DNA from: a candidate division WOR-3 bacterium
GTDB taxonomy: Bacteria; Hydrothermota; 32-111
DNA: 64,000 bases
Direction: 5' to 3'
NCBI GenBank assembly: GCA_037481815.1
Contig: JBBFKX010000001.1
Span: 1,373 to 65,372 of the forward strand
The notes beneath the pieces are model-generated. The model did no database searches, was not told the DNA's origin, and saw only the letters and a program-made list of their open reading frames with translations. Below are positions 8,297 through 21,914 of this stretch, piece by piece. Made by a program: the position numbers and the translations under genes. The first letter of the stretch is position 1. Each line of letters begins with the position of its first letter.

Positions 8297-10838
8297 AATA
8301 ATTTTGATAATAATTGTTCTGTTGATTTTAATCTACATTGGTGGATTTTATATTATCAAGAGTTTTTTAACAGAAGAAAGGATAAAAGATTTGGTTTATC
8401 AGAATCTTTCAAAAGCAGGATTTTTGGTTCAAATAAAAACTTTATCCTATGATCTGGGATTGTTTAGTTCATCTGTAATTTTGAAAGAAAGTTGGATAGA
8501 AAACGATATTCTTTCGGTAAAGGCAAAGAATGTCAAATTGAGTTTTAATCCTTTCAAGATAGTTTTTAAAAAAGAACTTGAACTCAAAAGAGTTGATATA
8601 TCAGATTTTGAGATTCTTGTTAAAAGTCAAAAAAATGAGAATGAAAAAGATCATGGAGGAAAGGATAATGAAAAAAAAGAAGGTATAAGTATATTTTCGA
8701 ACATATATTTCAAAAATGGAAATATAACATATGATACTTTCAACCTGAAAAATTTAAACGGTTTTTTGAAATTCTCATACAATAAAAATTTTAATTTTGA
8801 AACGAACTTTATTTTTAATTTTATTTATAAAGGCAATAATTTGAGTAACAATTTATTAACAGCAAAAGGTGTTATAGATTCAACAATAGAAATAAAAAAG
8901 ATAACTCTGAAAAATCAACTTGCTGAAATAGATGGAAATTTAACAAAATCGAGTGATAAGGTGTATTATTCGTTCAGTTTTAAGACATTATCCTTTGATA
9001 AGATTTTAGATATATTCTATAAACACGAACACTTGAATGTTTTTGGAAATACACTGGGCATCGTAAGAGGGGAATATTCTTTCAATGAGGATTTCAAAAA
9101 TCAGATCGATCGAATTGTGAAAGAACTTGAAGTTCATTTTTCATCTTTTGGATTTACTTTTAAGGATGATAGTATCTTTATTTTTGAAAACTCTATTCTC
9201 AACAAACAACTCGATAAACTTGTATTTTTTGGTAATGTTTCATTCAACAATGATACATCAGATCTAGATATCACTTTTACACCCAAAAAATTTTTTAACG
9301 ACACTTTAGATCTTGTTGTAAATCTTGGAGGAGTAAACTTAAAAAATACGGAAAGATTTCTAAAAGAAAAAAAATTAAAAATTTCAGGTAAAGCAAAGAT
9401 AAATTTTAAAATTCTGTGTGATAGCAAGGATCTAAAAAACACGGACACTCTCTTATTAAAAAGTTATATAAAGTTCAATTCTCCGTTTGTGAAACTTGAT
9501 TATGATACTTTAAATCTAATATTAAAGCAAATAGAACTAACATCGGATGAAGGTATGATAAAAGGTTTTTCCAGGATTGAAGATGATAAAACAAATGGAA
9601 CATTATCGATCTCTGGGGATTACTCAAAACAGATTGTTGAAATATCAGCACTATCAACATTGAATGTCCAGAAATTTTTCAAAAACTATAATGGGGATGG
9701 TGAGGTAAATGGAAATGTAAAATTCTTTTTGAAAGAGAAAAAAAATTCAGGATTTTTCAGTTTGAGGTTAAAAAATGTGAAGATCCCGAACATCAACGAC
9801 AATTTTAATGTAAACCTTCAGGAAGCAAAATTTAAAAATTTCGCTGAAAATCTGGAATTTAAAAACCTTCTGATAGATGGCAAGAATATCTCTGGAATAA
9901 TCAAAATTTTAAATATAAACTATAACAAGAGTTTTATAAAATTTTCCGGTGAAGTGAACGCTGATTATTTGAACTATGATTCACTTTTTATTCCCACACC
10001 AAAAGTTGACCAGAAGAGTAAGTCGAAACCTCCCAAAATTGATGAAAAACTGAAAGGGAATTTGAAGGTCTCTGTTAAAAGGTTATATTTCAAAGATGAA
10101 TTTCTTGAGAATATAGTTTTGAATCTCAAAGTTGAAAATGGAATTTTGACAGTTGATCCTGTTAACGCTGATTTTTTGAAAGGGAAAATAGGTGGTAAGT
10201 TTGTGTATGATTCAAAAAAGGATGGATATATAAATTCTAATTTTGAAGGTAAAAAAGTGGTACTTGATGATTTTATGAAAAGAAAAAAATATCTTCCTTT
10301 TGATATGGGAGCAAAAGTTGATGTTAAGTCAGATCTGAACTTTTATCAGGATAGAGTGAAAGAGAGTTTGAACGGTAGAATCGATATTACAGCAAAAGGT
10401 GGATGGGTTCATTTTACAGGAATAATCGCAAAAATATCATCGATTTTAAATATACCACTTTCAGATACATTCTATTTTGATGATATGTATGGTGAATTTG
10501 AAATAGATTCACAAAAAGTGAAATTTGAAGATTTTGAGATGGAGAAGAATGGACATAGTATTCTATACAGTGGAACGGTTGATTTTAACAGGAATATGAA
10601 CATAAAAGGGAGATACACCATCGATATGAATATCGCTGATACTGGCTTACTTGAAAAGATCCTTGAAATGACCAACTATCCTTCAGAAACGATTTATGTT
10701 GATTTTGAGATAGGTGGTACATATTCAAAACCTGATATAAAGATAAAATACAACTCTGTTGGAGAATACCTTAAAGATAGAACGAATGAAAGTGTGAACC
10801 AGATGATCGATAATCTAAAAAATATGTTTAAGAAATGA
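8280..10838 (+). CDS. AsmA-family outer-membrane biogenesis protein (N-terminal TM anchor, large periplasmic beta-rich domain).
   Basis: N-terminal MKKLIKIILIIIVLLILIYIGGFYII TM helix followed by about 830 aa of low-complexity beta-rich sequence typical of the AsmA/TamB-like family. Start overlaps the upstream gene by 17 nt. Confidence 0.5.
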   Translation: MKKLIKIILIIIVLLILIYIGGFYIIKSFLTEERIKDLVYQNLSKAGFLVQIKTLSYDLGLFSSSVILKESWIENDILSVKAKNVKLSFNPFKIVFKKELELKRVDISDFEILVKSQKNENEKDHGGKDNEKKEGISIFSNIYFKNGNITYDTFNLKNLNGFLKFSYNKNFNFETNFIFNFIYKGNNLSNNLLTAKGVIDSTIEIKKITLKNQLAEIDGNLTKSSDKVYYSFSFKTLSFDKILDIFYKHEHLNVFGNTLGIVRGEYSFNEDFKNQIDRIVKELEVHFSSFGFTFKDDSIFIFENSILNKQLDKLVFFGNVSFNNDTSDLDITFTPKKFFNDTLDLVVNLGGVNLKNTERFLKEKKLKISGKAKINFKILCDSKDLKNTDTLLLKSYIKFNSPFVKLDYDTLNLILKQIELTSDEGMIKGFSRIEDDKTNGTLSISGDYSKQIVEISALSTLNVQKFFKNYNGDGEVNGNVKFFLKEKKNSGFFSLRLKNVKIPNINDNFNVNLQEAKFKNFAENLEFKNLLIDGKNISGIIKILNINYNKSFIKFSGEVNADYLNYDSLFIPTPKVDQKSKSKPPKIDEKLKGNLKVSVKRLYFKDEFLENIVLNLKVENGILTVDPVNADFLKGKIGGKFVYDSKKDGYINSNFEGKKVVLDDFMKRKKYLPFDMGAKVDVKSDLNFYQDRVKESLNGRIDITAKGGWVHFTGIIAKISSILNIPLSDTFYFDDMYGEFEIDSQKVKFEDFEMEKNGHSILYSGTVDFNRNMNIKGRYTIDMNIADTGLLEKILEMTNYPSETIYVDFEIGGTYSKPDIKIKYNSVGEYLKDRTNESVNQMIDNLKNMFKK

Positions 10839-11636
10839 TCACTGTAAAATTTTTATATCATCAAATCTCTCGAGGATGATTTCATATCCATATTTGGTAT
10901 CATATTTTAAAAAACCTTCAACATAAACATTTTTGTTTTTGAAGTAGAGTATGTTCACATTTTTTTTAAAAAACTCTTTGCTTAGATTTTTAAAGATCAC
11001 TATCGTAAAGTTTTTATCACCTTTCAACTTTATAAAATAGGTATCACTTTTTTTCGATTTATATACATCCTCTACATACGCTTTTAATTTTACCCATTGG
11101 TTTTCGTACTTTTTATAATTTTTCGAGAGCAAGTTAAAGTTCAAAGTATCTGAGATTGAATCTATAGAAAATGAATTTTTTCTTATTATGAAAAACCTTT
11201 TTAAAACTTTTTCAAACATAAAAGTATCTGAAGCATTTATGAAGAAGAGATTTTTTGAATTTTTTTTGGGTTGTATAGGTTTGTTGCAAACTATAAAATT
11301 TTTTGATGAGTTGAAAACTATCGTGTAATCAAGAAGTGAATCATCAACAAAAAGTATCGTATCAACAAAGATTGAAAGAGAATCTTTGAGAGAGTAATTT
11401 TTTGTGATTGAACTTTTTGAAAGTATTACAATTTTTTTTATCTTCGTGTTTTCCTTTAAAATTTTTAAAAAAGTTTTATCTGTAAAATCTTTCGAAAGAA
11501 TCGTTATATCCACGGTGCTCGATTGTACCAGTTTTTGAAAAGAATCTTTGAAATCTTCGTAATCAAAGCCGATTTGATTTGAAAATAAAAAATTTGAAAT
11601 TAAAAGTGAAAAGAGAAAAAGTTTTTTAATCATCTG
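10839..11636 (-). CDS. Hypothetical secreted protein (signal peptide).
   Basis: MIKKLFLFSLLISNFLFS signal peptide. No recognisable motifs. Start chosen at the internal Met that carries the signal peptide. Overlaps the glcD-like 3' end by 11 nt. Confidence 0.45.
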   Translation of the reverse strand, partial: QMIKKLFLFSLLISNFLFSNQIGFDYEDFKDSFQKLVQSSTVDITILSKDFTDKTFLKILKENTKIKKIVILSKSSITKNYSLKDSLSIFVDTILFVDDSLLDYTIVFNSSKNFIVCNKPIQPKKNSKNLFFINASDTFMFEKVLKRFFIIRKNSFSIDSISDTLNFNLLSKNYKKYENQWVKLKAYVEDVYKSKKSDTYFIKLKGDKNFTIVIFKNLSKEFFKKNVNILYFKNKNVYVEGFLKYDTKYGYEIILERFDDIKILQ

Positions 11637-13020
11637 GGAATATTTTCCCCGGGTTAAAAAGGTTTTCAGGATCAAAAAGTTTTTTTATGTTCTTTTGAAT
11701 TTTTATTTCCTGATCGGTGAAAACTAATTTCATAAATTTCTTTTTATAGATACCTATTCCATGCTCTCCGGATAATTTACCACCTAGTTTAACAGAAAGT
11801 TCCATTATCTCTTTTAACACATTCTCAATGTTATTGTCAAAATTTTTATCTTTTTCATCAAGTTTTAAAATGTTTATATGAACATTACCATCACCTGCAT
11901 GACCGAAGGTGATAATCGGTATTCTGTATTTGTCTTCTATCTTATGGATATTTTTTATAAGATCTGGAAGTGAGTTTACTGGAACGACAACATCCTCTCT
12001 TTCCCTTTTGACAGACATCATCACCATCGCGTCATGTAAAGATCTTCTCGCTTTCCAGATTTTTTCCTGAAAATTCTTATCCTCAGCAACGAGTATATCA
12101 ACACACTTTAAATTCGATGAAATTGCATCTATGGTTTCTATATTTCTGTTGACCAGATCTTTTTCAAACCCATCGATTCTCAAAAGGATCTGGGCTTCAC
12201 CTTTCTGTGATGCCATCTGGTTCCCAAGAAAATTTTTTGCCGCTTCGAGTGCTTTTTTTTCCATAAATTCTATCGATGATGGTAATATCCCCGAATGTAT
12301 TATTTTCACAACCGCATTTGTTGCATCATCTATCTTTTCAAAAGCGAGTAAAAGATCAATACTGTATTTTGGTAAAGGTAGAAGGGATAGTGTTATTTCC
12401 GTTATAAACCCAAGTGTTCCTTCTGAACCGATGAAAATATCTTTTAGGTTGTATCCTGTGGCGTTTTTTCTAACCTTCCCACCAAATTTTAAAATTTCAC
12501 CTTCAGGTGTTATAACTTTTATACCTTTAACATAGTCCTTTGTAGTTCCATATTTTACAGCAGAAGGTCCACCTGAATTTTCTGCAACATTACCACCGAT
12601 CGAACAGGAATCGAGAGATGCAGGATCTGGTGGATAGAAAAGATCGAACTCTTCGACACGCCTTTTCAAATCACCTGTAATGATACCTGGTTGTGTTTTT
12701 ACTGTAAAATTTTCTTTGTCGATCTCGATTATCCTGTCTAAAAGTTCAGTTGAAATTATTATTGATGGAACAACAGGTATCGCTCCACCTGAAAGTCCGG
12801 TTCCTTTTCCTCTTGGTACAACAGGTATTTTTTCTTTATAAGAAAATTTTATTATTTCAACAACCTCTTCTTCGTTTTCTGGCAAACATGCAACTAACGG
12901 AACAGAAAATTTTCCCCCGGATTCATCTGTTGAATATTTTTCAAGTAACTGCTCATCGTATATTAATCTGTTTTCAGGTATTATTTTTTTTAACTCGTTA
13001 AAGATTAAGTTTCTTTCCAT
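11626..13020 (-). CDS. glcD: FAD-linked oxidase: glycolate oxidase subunit GlcD / D-lactate dehydrogenase family (FAD-binding PCMH domain).
   Basis: N-terminal FAD-binding motifs (VVPRGKGTGLSGGAIP), central GSEGTLGFITEITL, C-terminal HAGDGNVH motif typical of GlcD / FAD-dependent D-LDH. Confidence 0.75.
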   Translation of the reverse strand: MERNLIFNELKKIIPENRLIYDEQLLEKYSTDESGGKFSVPLVACLPENEEEVVEIIKFSYKEKIPVVPRGKGTGLSGGAIPVVPSIIISTELLDRIIEIDKENFTVKTQPGIITGDLKRRVEEFDLFYPPDPASLDSCSIGGNVAENSGGPSAVKYGTTKDYVKGIKVITPEGEILKFGGKVRKNATGYNLKDIFIGSEGTLGFITEITLSLLPLPKYSIDLLLAFEKIDDATNAVVKIIHSGILPSSIEFMEKKALEAAKNFLGNQMASQKGEAQILLRIDGFEKDLVNRNIETIDAISSNLKCVDILVAEDKNFQEKIWKARRSLHDAMVMMSVKREREDVVVPVNSLPDLIKNIHKIEDKYRIPIITFGHAGDGNVHINILKLDEKDKNFDNNIENVLKEIMELSVKLGGKLSGEHGIGIYKKKFMKLVFTDQEIKIQKNIKKLFDPENLFNPGKIFPDD

Positions 13021-13114
13021 TCTTAAAATATATTGTCTTAAAAATATCTGTCAATAGAAGTTGGTTTATTTACTTTGAATAATTTTTTATATATAATAAA
13101 ACTTTGGAGGTTTT

Positions 13115-16093
13115 ATGGACAGGGAGCAGATAGTTAAAAAATTTGTTCAATCTTATACATCCTACAAAAACAACATTGAAATATTCCATGATCTTTCAAC
13201 TTTCAAAGTCAAAGAGATTTTACTTGTTGCGACATTTTACGATGGTTTCATCCTTGAGGAAGAGGGAAGATTGGCTGAAAGAATTTTTGGGGAGTATCAT
13301 AAACTGTCCTTGCCTGATGCACCGAGAGTCACAAATGCGATAAACGGTGAAGAGGCATGTGAATGGCTGAAAAAAGAACATTTTGATATGGTTATTTTGA
13401 CTATGAGAATCGACGGAATGTCCCCCTATCAGTTGAAAGAAAAGATAAGAAGTGTGAACAGGGATATACCGATAGTTATACTTTTAAACGACAATGGAGA
13501 GATTCCATTGATCAAAGATCAACTCGAAAAGGATAAGGATAAGGATCTTGTTTTTGTATGGAATGGTGATTCAAAAGTTTTTCTTGCGATGATAAAATAT
13601 GTTGAGGACAAAAAGAATATCGAAAGAGATACTCTGATTGGAAATGTGAGAGTGATACTTCTTGTTGAAGATTCGATAAGATACATATCAAGGTACCTTC
13701 CGATACTTTACACTGAGATTCTGAAACAGACTCAGAGGTTGATAATACAGGAAAAACTTGATGATATGAAGAAACTACTCCGTTTGAGAGCAAGACCAAA
13801 AGTGATAATCGCAACGAATTATGAGGATGCGATTTTTTATTTTGAAAAATATCGAGAGAATCTTTTAACTGTGATTTCGGATATGAAATTCCCGAAAAAC
13901 AATGCGACGAACTACAATGCGGGTTATGAATTGATTAAGTTTATAAAAGAAACTATGCCGGAACTGCCCTGTCTTTTACAGTCATTTGAAAAAGAAAATC
14001 TAAAAAAAGCGAAAGAGTTAAAAGTCCCATTCATAAACAAAAACAGTGATAAATTGAGTCAGGAGTTGAGAAACTTTATTTTCAACAACCTTGGATTTGG
14101 TTCTTTCGTTTTTAAAGATAGAAAAGGAAAGGAGATAGTCAAAGCGAGTAACATTGAATCTTTCAGAAAAATTCTTTTGACGATCCCCTCAGAATCTTTA
14201 ATTTTCCATGCCAATTTAAACCAATTCTCAGCATGGCTGATGGCAAGAGGTGAAATCAAGATTGCAAAAAAACTACAAAAGTTAAAAGTTTCAGATTTTA
14301 AATCCATAGAGGACTTAAGAAAATATCTTATAGATATAACACTCGATATTGATAAGGAATCAATAAAGGGAAAAGTTGTAAAATATTCAGATAATCTAAA
14401 AAAAGATGAGGAAGTGATAGTTCAAATCGCTGATGGAACACTTGGTGGCAAGGGAAGAGGTATCGCTTTTGTAAACAATATTCTTCAGAACACTGATATC
14501 TTTAACTCTTTTGAAAATGTAAAAATAACCGTTCCTAAAACGATGCTTATAGGTTCTGAGGAGTTTTCGAACTTTATAGAAAAAAATAATCTTTCTTATT
14601 ACATTTTAAGGGAAAACGATTACAACAAATTACGAAAAAGATTTTTAAAAGGTAAACTTTCAAATGAACTTCTTTATAAGTTAAGGAAAAAACTTAAAAG
14701 TTTTACAAAACCCATTGCGATAAGATCTTCAAGTTTGTTTGAGGATTCAATCTCACAATCATTTTCTGGAGTTTTTGAAACCTATATGCTTCCGAACAAC
14801 GATGATGACTTTGAAAAAAGGATGAAGGATGTTGAGGATGCTATAAAACTTGTTTTTTCTTCCGTATTTTCACCATCAGCGAGGGCATATTTTAATGCGA
14901 TAAATTATAAGATCGAAGAGGAAAAGATGGCGGTGATAATACAGGAAGTTGTTGGACATAATTATGGAAAATACTATTATCCATCTTTTTCAGGTGTTAT
15001 GCAATCGGACAACTATTATCCGATTTCTCATCTTAAAAGGGAGGATGGAATATGTGAGATCGCTGTTGGGCTTGGAAAATATGTTATAGATGGAAACGAT
15101 TCTTTCAGGTTTTGTCCCAAATATCCTGAAATCGATATAAACATAAACAACAAAACACAAAAATTCTTTTATGCTATAAACCTTGGTGATAGAAAAAATT
15201 TTAATCTTATCGAAGGAGACAATTCGACTCTTGAACTTATAGATATAAATGTTGCAAGGGAGAATGGGAGTTTAAACTATATAGGATCTGTACTTGATGT
15301 GTTCAATGGAACTTTGACAGATGATCTTTCAGCAAAAGGTCCACTTGTGATAAACTTTAACTCAATAATTAAATATGAATATTTCCCTCTCTCAAAAATA
15401 TTAAACCAGGTGAGTGCGATTATAAAATTCGCTATTGGATCTCCATGCGAAATAGAGTTTGCTGTTGATCTGAACCCTGATGAAAACCACAGGATGACTT
15501 TTTATATCTTACAGATAAAACCTATAATCAGAAAGAACTCTGAAGTTGATGTTGACATTGAGAGTATCCCAAGAGAAAAAATCCTGTTCTTTTCCGATAA
15601 CGCTATGGGAAACGGCTTTATAGATAACATTAACGATATAATCCTTGTAAATCCAGAAAAGTTTGATAGGATGAAAAGTGTCGAACTTGTGCCCTTGATC
15701 GAGGAGATCAACAGAGATTTTGGGAAAAAGGGAAAGAAATATATTATTGTTGGACCGGGCAGATGGGGAACAAAGGATCCATTTTTAGGAATACCTGTTT
15801 TATGGTCTTCGATTTCAAATGTTAAAGTTATAGTAGAGATCGAGATGAAAGATATGTTGATAGAACCATCACTCGGCTCACACTTTTTTCATAATGTTGT
15901 AACGATGAATGTATTCTATTTAACGATTTTCAGCCATAAAAGATCGGATTCTTTTATCGATTGGGATCTTCTGTTTAAAGAAAAAAATATAAAAAAATTT
16001 AACGATATAATATTACACTTTGAATTTGAAAAACCTTTAAAAGTTTTGATTGATGGAAAGAGAGGAAAAGGCGCCATAATCAAAACCGATTAA
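13115..16093 (+). CDS. Multidomain protein: N-terminal receiver-like domains fused to a PEP-utilising / pyruvate-phosphate-dikinase N-terminal (ATP-grasp nucleotide-binding) domain.
   Basis: Receiver-like segments (ILLVEDSIRY...). A central region similar to the PEP synthase / PPDK N-terminal domain (IADGTLGGKGRGIAFVNNIL, IAIRSSSLFEDS, FSGVFETYM). RBS GGAGG upstream. Confidence 0.55.
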   Translation: MDREQIVKKFVQSYTSYKNNIEIFHDLSTFKVKEILLVATFYDGFILEEEGRLAERIFGEYHKLSLPDAPRVTNAINGEEACEWLKKEHFDMVILTMRIDGMSPYQLKEKIRSVNRDIPIVILLNDNGEIPLIKDQLEKDKDKDLVFVWNGDSKVFLAMIKYVEDKKNIERDTLIGNVRVILLVEDSIRYISRYLPILYTEILKQTQRLIIQEKLDDMKKLLRLRARPKVIIATNYEDAIFYFEKYRENLLTVISDMKFPKNNATNYNAGYELIKFIKETMPELPCLLQSFEKENLKKAKELKVPFINKNSDKLSQELRNFIFNNLGFGSFVFKDRKGKEIVKASNIESFRKILLTIPSESLIFHANLNQFSAWLMARGEIKIAKKLQKLKVSDFKSIEDLRKYLIDITLDIDKESIKGKVVKYSDNLKKDEEVIVQIADGTLGGKGRGIAFVNNILQNTDIFNSFENVKITVPKTMLIGSEEFSNFIEKNNLSYYILRENDYNKLRKRFLKGKLSNELLYKLRKKLKSFTKPIAIRSSSLFEDSISQSFSGVFETYMLPNNDDDFEKRMKDVEDAIKLVFSSVFSPSARAYFNAINYKIEEEKMAVIIQEVVGHNYGKYYYPSFSGVMQSDNYYPISHLKREDGICEIAVGLGKYVIDGNDSFRFCPKYPEIDININNKTQKFFYAINLGDRKNFNLIEGDNSTLELIDINVARENGSLNYIGSVLDVFNGTLTDDLSAKGPLVINFNSIIKYEYFPLSKILNQVSAIIKFAIGSPCEIEFAVDLNPDENHRMTFYILQIKPIIRKNSEVDVDIESIPREKILFFSDNAMGNGFIDNINDIILVNPEKFDRMKSVELVPLIEEINRDFGKKGKKYIIVGPGRWGTKDPFLGIPVLWSSISNVKVIVEIEMKDMLIEPSLGSHFFHNVVTMNVFYLTIFSHKRSDSFIDWDLLFKEKNIKKFNDIILHFEFEKPLKVLIDGKRGKGAIIKTD

Positions 16094-16148
16094 ATTTCAC
16101 TTGACAAAAATTCCCCATATGTTTTAATTTTTACAATAAGGAGGAATT

Positions 16149-16976
16149 ATGTATCAGATATTGGAACATCAAAAAATTGGTCAAAATATCCACAAACTGG
16201 TGATAAAAGCCCCACTGATCGCAAGAGAAGCAAAACCCGGACAATTTGTTATCCTAAGGTCTTATGAAAATGGAGAGAGAATCCCCATAACTATATGTGA
16301 CAAGAATCCTGAAGTGGGGAGTATTACCCTGTTTATACAGGAGGTTGGAAAATCGACAGCAAAAATTGGAAGTTTCAAAGAGAATGATTATATTCTTGAT
16401 GTTGCAGGACCACTTGGAAAACCTGCACATATCGAAAAGGTTGGAACTGTTGTTACAATAGGTGGTGGTGTTGGTTGTGCTATAACTTATCCTGAAACGA
16501 AAGCCTACAAAGAAGCAGGAAACTATGTGATCGGAATAATGGGTTTTAGAAATGTATCGTTTAAAATACTTGAAGATGAGATGAAAAATATATGTGATGA
16601 ACTTTATATCACAACAGATGACGGTTCTTATGGACAGAAAGGTTTTGTATCGGATAAGTTGAAAGAACTGATAAAAGAGGGAAGAAAAATCGATGAAGTT
16701 CTGGTGATAGGTCCTGCGATCATGATGAAAGTTGTTTCAGATATCACAAAGGAGTATGGAATAAAAACGATAGCATCACTTAACTCGATCATGGTTGATG
16801 GAACTGGTATGTGTGGTGCGTGTAGAGTTGAGGTTGGTGGAAAGACAAAATTCGCGTGTGTCGATGGTCCGGAATTTGATGCTCATCAGGTTGATTTTTC
16901 GCTTTTGATGAAAAGATTATCGATGTATAAAGATGAAGAAAAACTCTCATACGAAAAATATATTAACGAGAGGTGA
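16149..16976 (+). CDS. nfnA: Ferredoxin-NADP+ oxidoreductase small subunit (NfnA/SudB/PyrK-like; FAD/NAD-binding with a C-terminal 2Fe-2S).
   Basis: PyrK-like fold with a C-terminal Cys cluster GTGMCGACRVEVGGKTKFACVDGPEF. AAGGAGG RBS. Confidence 0.7.
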   Translation: MYQILEHQKIGQNIHKLVIKAPLIAREAKPGQFVILRSYENGERIPITICDKNPEVGSITLFIQEVGKSTAKIGSFKENDYILDVAGPLGKPAHIEKVGTVVTIGGGVGCAITYPETKAYKEAGNYVIGIMGFRNVSFKILEDEMKNICDELYITTDDGSYGQKGFVSDKLKELIKEGRKIDEVLVIGPAIMMKVVSDITKEYGIKTIASLNSIMVDGTGMCGACRVEVGGKTKFACVDGPEFDAHQVDFSLLMKRLSMYKDEEKLSYEKYINER

Positions 16977-20085
<3,109 letters not shown>

Positions 20086-20089
<4 letters not shown>

Positions 20090-21441
20090 TGGAAGAGAAA
20101 AAATATAAGATTCTTATTGTTGATGATGTTAAGGATAGTATTGAACTTGTGAGCAGGAATCTTCAACAGGCAGGTTATATAACTTTTACAGCAACTTCGC
20201 CTATAAAGGGATCCGAGATCTTAAAAAACAACGATATAGATCTTGTGATCACAGATCTAAGAATGCCTGATATAGATGGAATTGCTTTTACAAGATACAT
20301 AAAAGAGAATTATAAAAATATTGAAATCATCATGATCACAGGTTACCCATCTATAGAAAGTGCTGTTGATGCTGTAAAAACCGGTGTCAGCGAGTTTTTA
20401 CCAAAACCTTTCACGGATGATGAACTGTTTGCAACCGTTGAAAAAGTCCTTTTTAAACTCAAAATCAAAAATGTGTTAAACAAAGAGGATAAAACTAATC
20501 TACCTGTTTATCATGGAATTCTAGGTAACAGTGATAAAATGAAAAAAGTTTTTGAACTTATCAATAAAGCGTCGCAGACTTCGGCAACGGTTTTGATAAC
20601 AGGAGAGAGTGGAACAGGAAAAGAGATGGTCGCAAGAGCGATACACTATTCATCACCAAGAGCGAGTCAGAGTTTTGTTCCCGTTAACTGTGGAGGTATA
20701 CCTGAAGAACTGCTCGAAAGTGAACTTTTTGGATATGTTAAAGGATCTTTTACAGGTGCAAACGAAACAAGAGCAGGGTTTTTTCAGACAGCGGATGGTG
20801 GAACAATATTCCTTGATGAAATCGGAGAAACGAGTTTGTCGATGCAGGTGAAACTTTTAAGAGTTCTACAGGACAAAACCGTTTATATGATCGGATCAAG
20901 AAAACCACAAAAAATAGATGTGAGAGTTATCTGTGCCACGAACAAGAATCTTGAAGAACTTGTTAAAAAAGGGGTTTTCAGAGAGGATCTTTACTTCAGG
21001 TTAAATGTGATCAACATTGAAATACCTCCGTTAAGAGAAAGAAGAGAGGATATCCCATTGCTTCTTGAGCATTTTGCAACAAAATACAGCAAAGAACTTG
21101 GAAAGGAAAAACCGACTTTTACAGAAAATGCTATTAGAAGTTTAAGTGAATATTTCTGGCCAGGTAATGTCAGAGAACTTGAGAATGTTGTTCAGAGATT
21201 GATAATAATGAAAGAGGATAACATTATAGATGTGCCAGATCTTCCATCGTTGATGAGATTCAATTTACCATATAAAACAGACCTTACAAGAAAACTTTCA
21301 GAAGTTGAATGCGAATACATTAGAGATGTTTATGAGAGTCAGGGAAAGAACAAAACAAAAACGAGCGAAATTCTTGGAATAGATCGAAAAACATTGAGAG
21401 AAAAGTTAAAAAAATGCCAGATTGATAATGAAGAAGAGTAA
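20086..21441 (+). CDS. Sigma-54-dependent response regulator (NtrC/AtoC family: receiver, AAA+ sigma-54 activator, Fis-type HTH).
   Basis: Receiver ILIVDDVKD...DLVITDLRMPDIDG. Walker A GESGTGKE. GAFTGA-type motif GSFTGA. ESELFGY. C-terminal HTH TSEILGIDRKTLREKLKK. Confidence 0.9.
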
Positions 21442-21546
21442 AATCTCCCCATTGAGGAGAAAATCCCCGTTTATTTTCAGGTAAAATTATCTTTCTCTAA
21501 AGAATAAGATCCCTTTAAAAAATAACTTATATATTTTTTTGATTTC

Positions 21547-21561
21547 TGGCATACTTATTGC
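21547..21561 (+). promoter_or_regulatory. Sigma-54 (RpoN) -24/-12 promoter: TGGCAT-N5-TTGCT.
   Basis: cTGGCATacttaTTGCTtt matches the TGGCAC-N5-TTGCW consensus. Located 33 nt upstream of the ATG at 21594 and 106 nt downstream of the NtrC-like gene. A direct repeat GAGtAAAATCtCCCC / GAGaAAAATCCCCG at 21436-21469 may be the upstream activator site. Confidence 0.7.
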
Positions 21562-21593
21562 TTTATTAGTTGGTAAAAAGAAAAGGAGGTCTT

Positions 21594-21908
21594 ATGATGA
21601 CGATAAAAGAAAGAATCGAAAAAAAGAAGGAAACAGGTTTAAAGAATTTTGAAGGACTCTGTGTAACATGTAAAAATAGCAAAACATGTATCTTTCTTCA
21701 GAATTCAACAAAATCAATCATCAGTTGCGAGGAGTTTGAAAATATTGAGACAGTGGAAAAAACAAAAGATGATTTAAAAGAAAATCTTGTTTCGAAAGTT
21801 AAAGGATACGATCTAAAAATAGGTCTTTGTGCAAACTGTGAAAACAAAATCGATTGCAAATTTGAAAAACCTGAAAGTGGTGTCTGGCATTGTGAAGAAT
21901 ACAGATGA
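21594..21908 (+). CDS. Small cysteine-rich protein with an internal tandem duplication of a 4-Cys motif (putative zinc-ribbon-like protein).
   Basis: Two repeats, C-x2-C-x5-C-x11/12-C-EE(F/Y): CVTCKNSKTCIF...SCEEFE and CANCENKIDCKFEKPESGVWHCEEY. AAGGAGG RBS at 21581-21587. The track ORF starts at an upstream in-frame Met at 21570. Confidence 0.55.
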   Translation: MMTIKERIEKKKETGLKNFEGLCVTCKNSKTCIFLQNSTKSIISCEEFENIETVEKTKDDLKENLVSKVKGYDLKIGLCANCENKIDCKFEKPESGVWHCEEYR

Positions 21909-21914
21909 TGTTCT

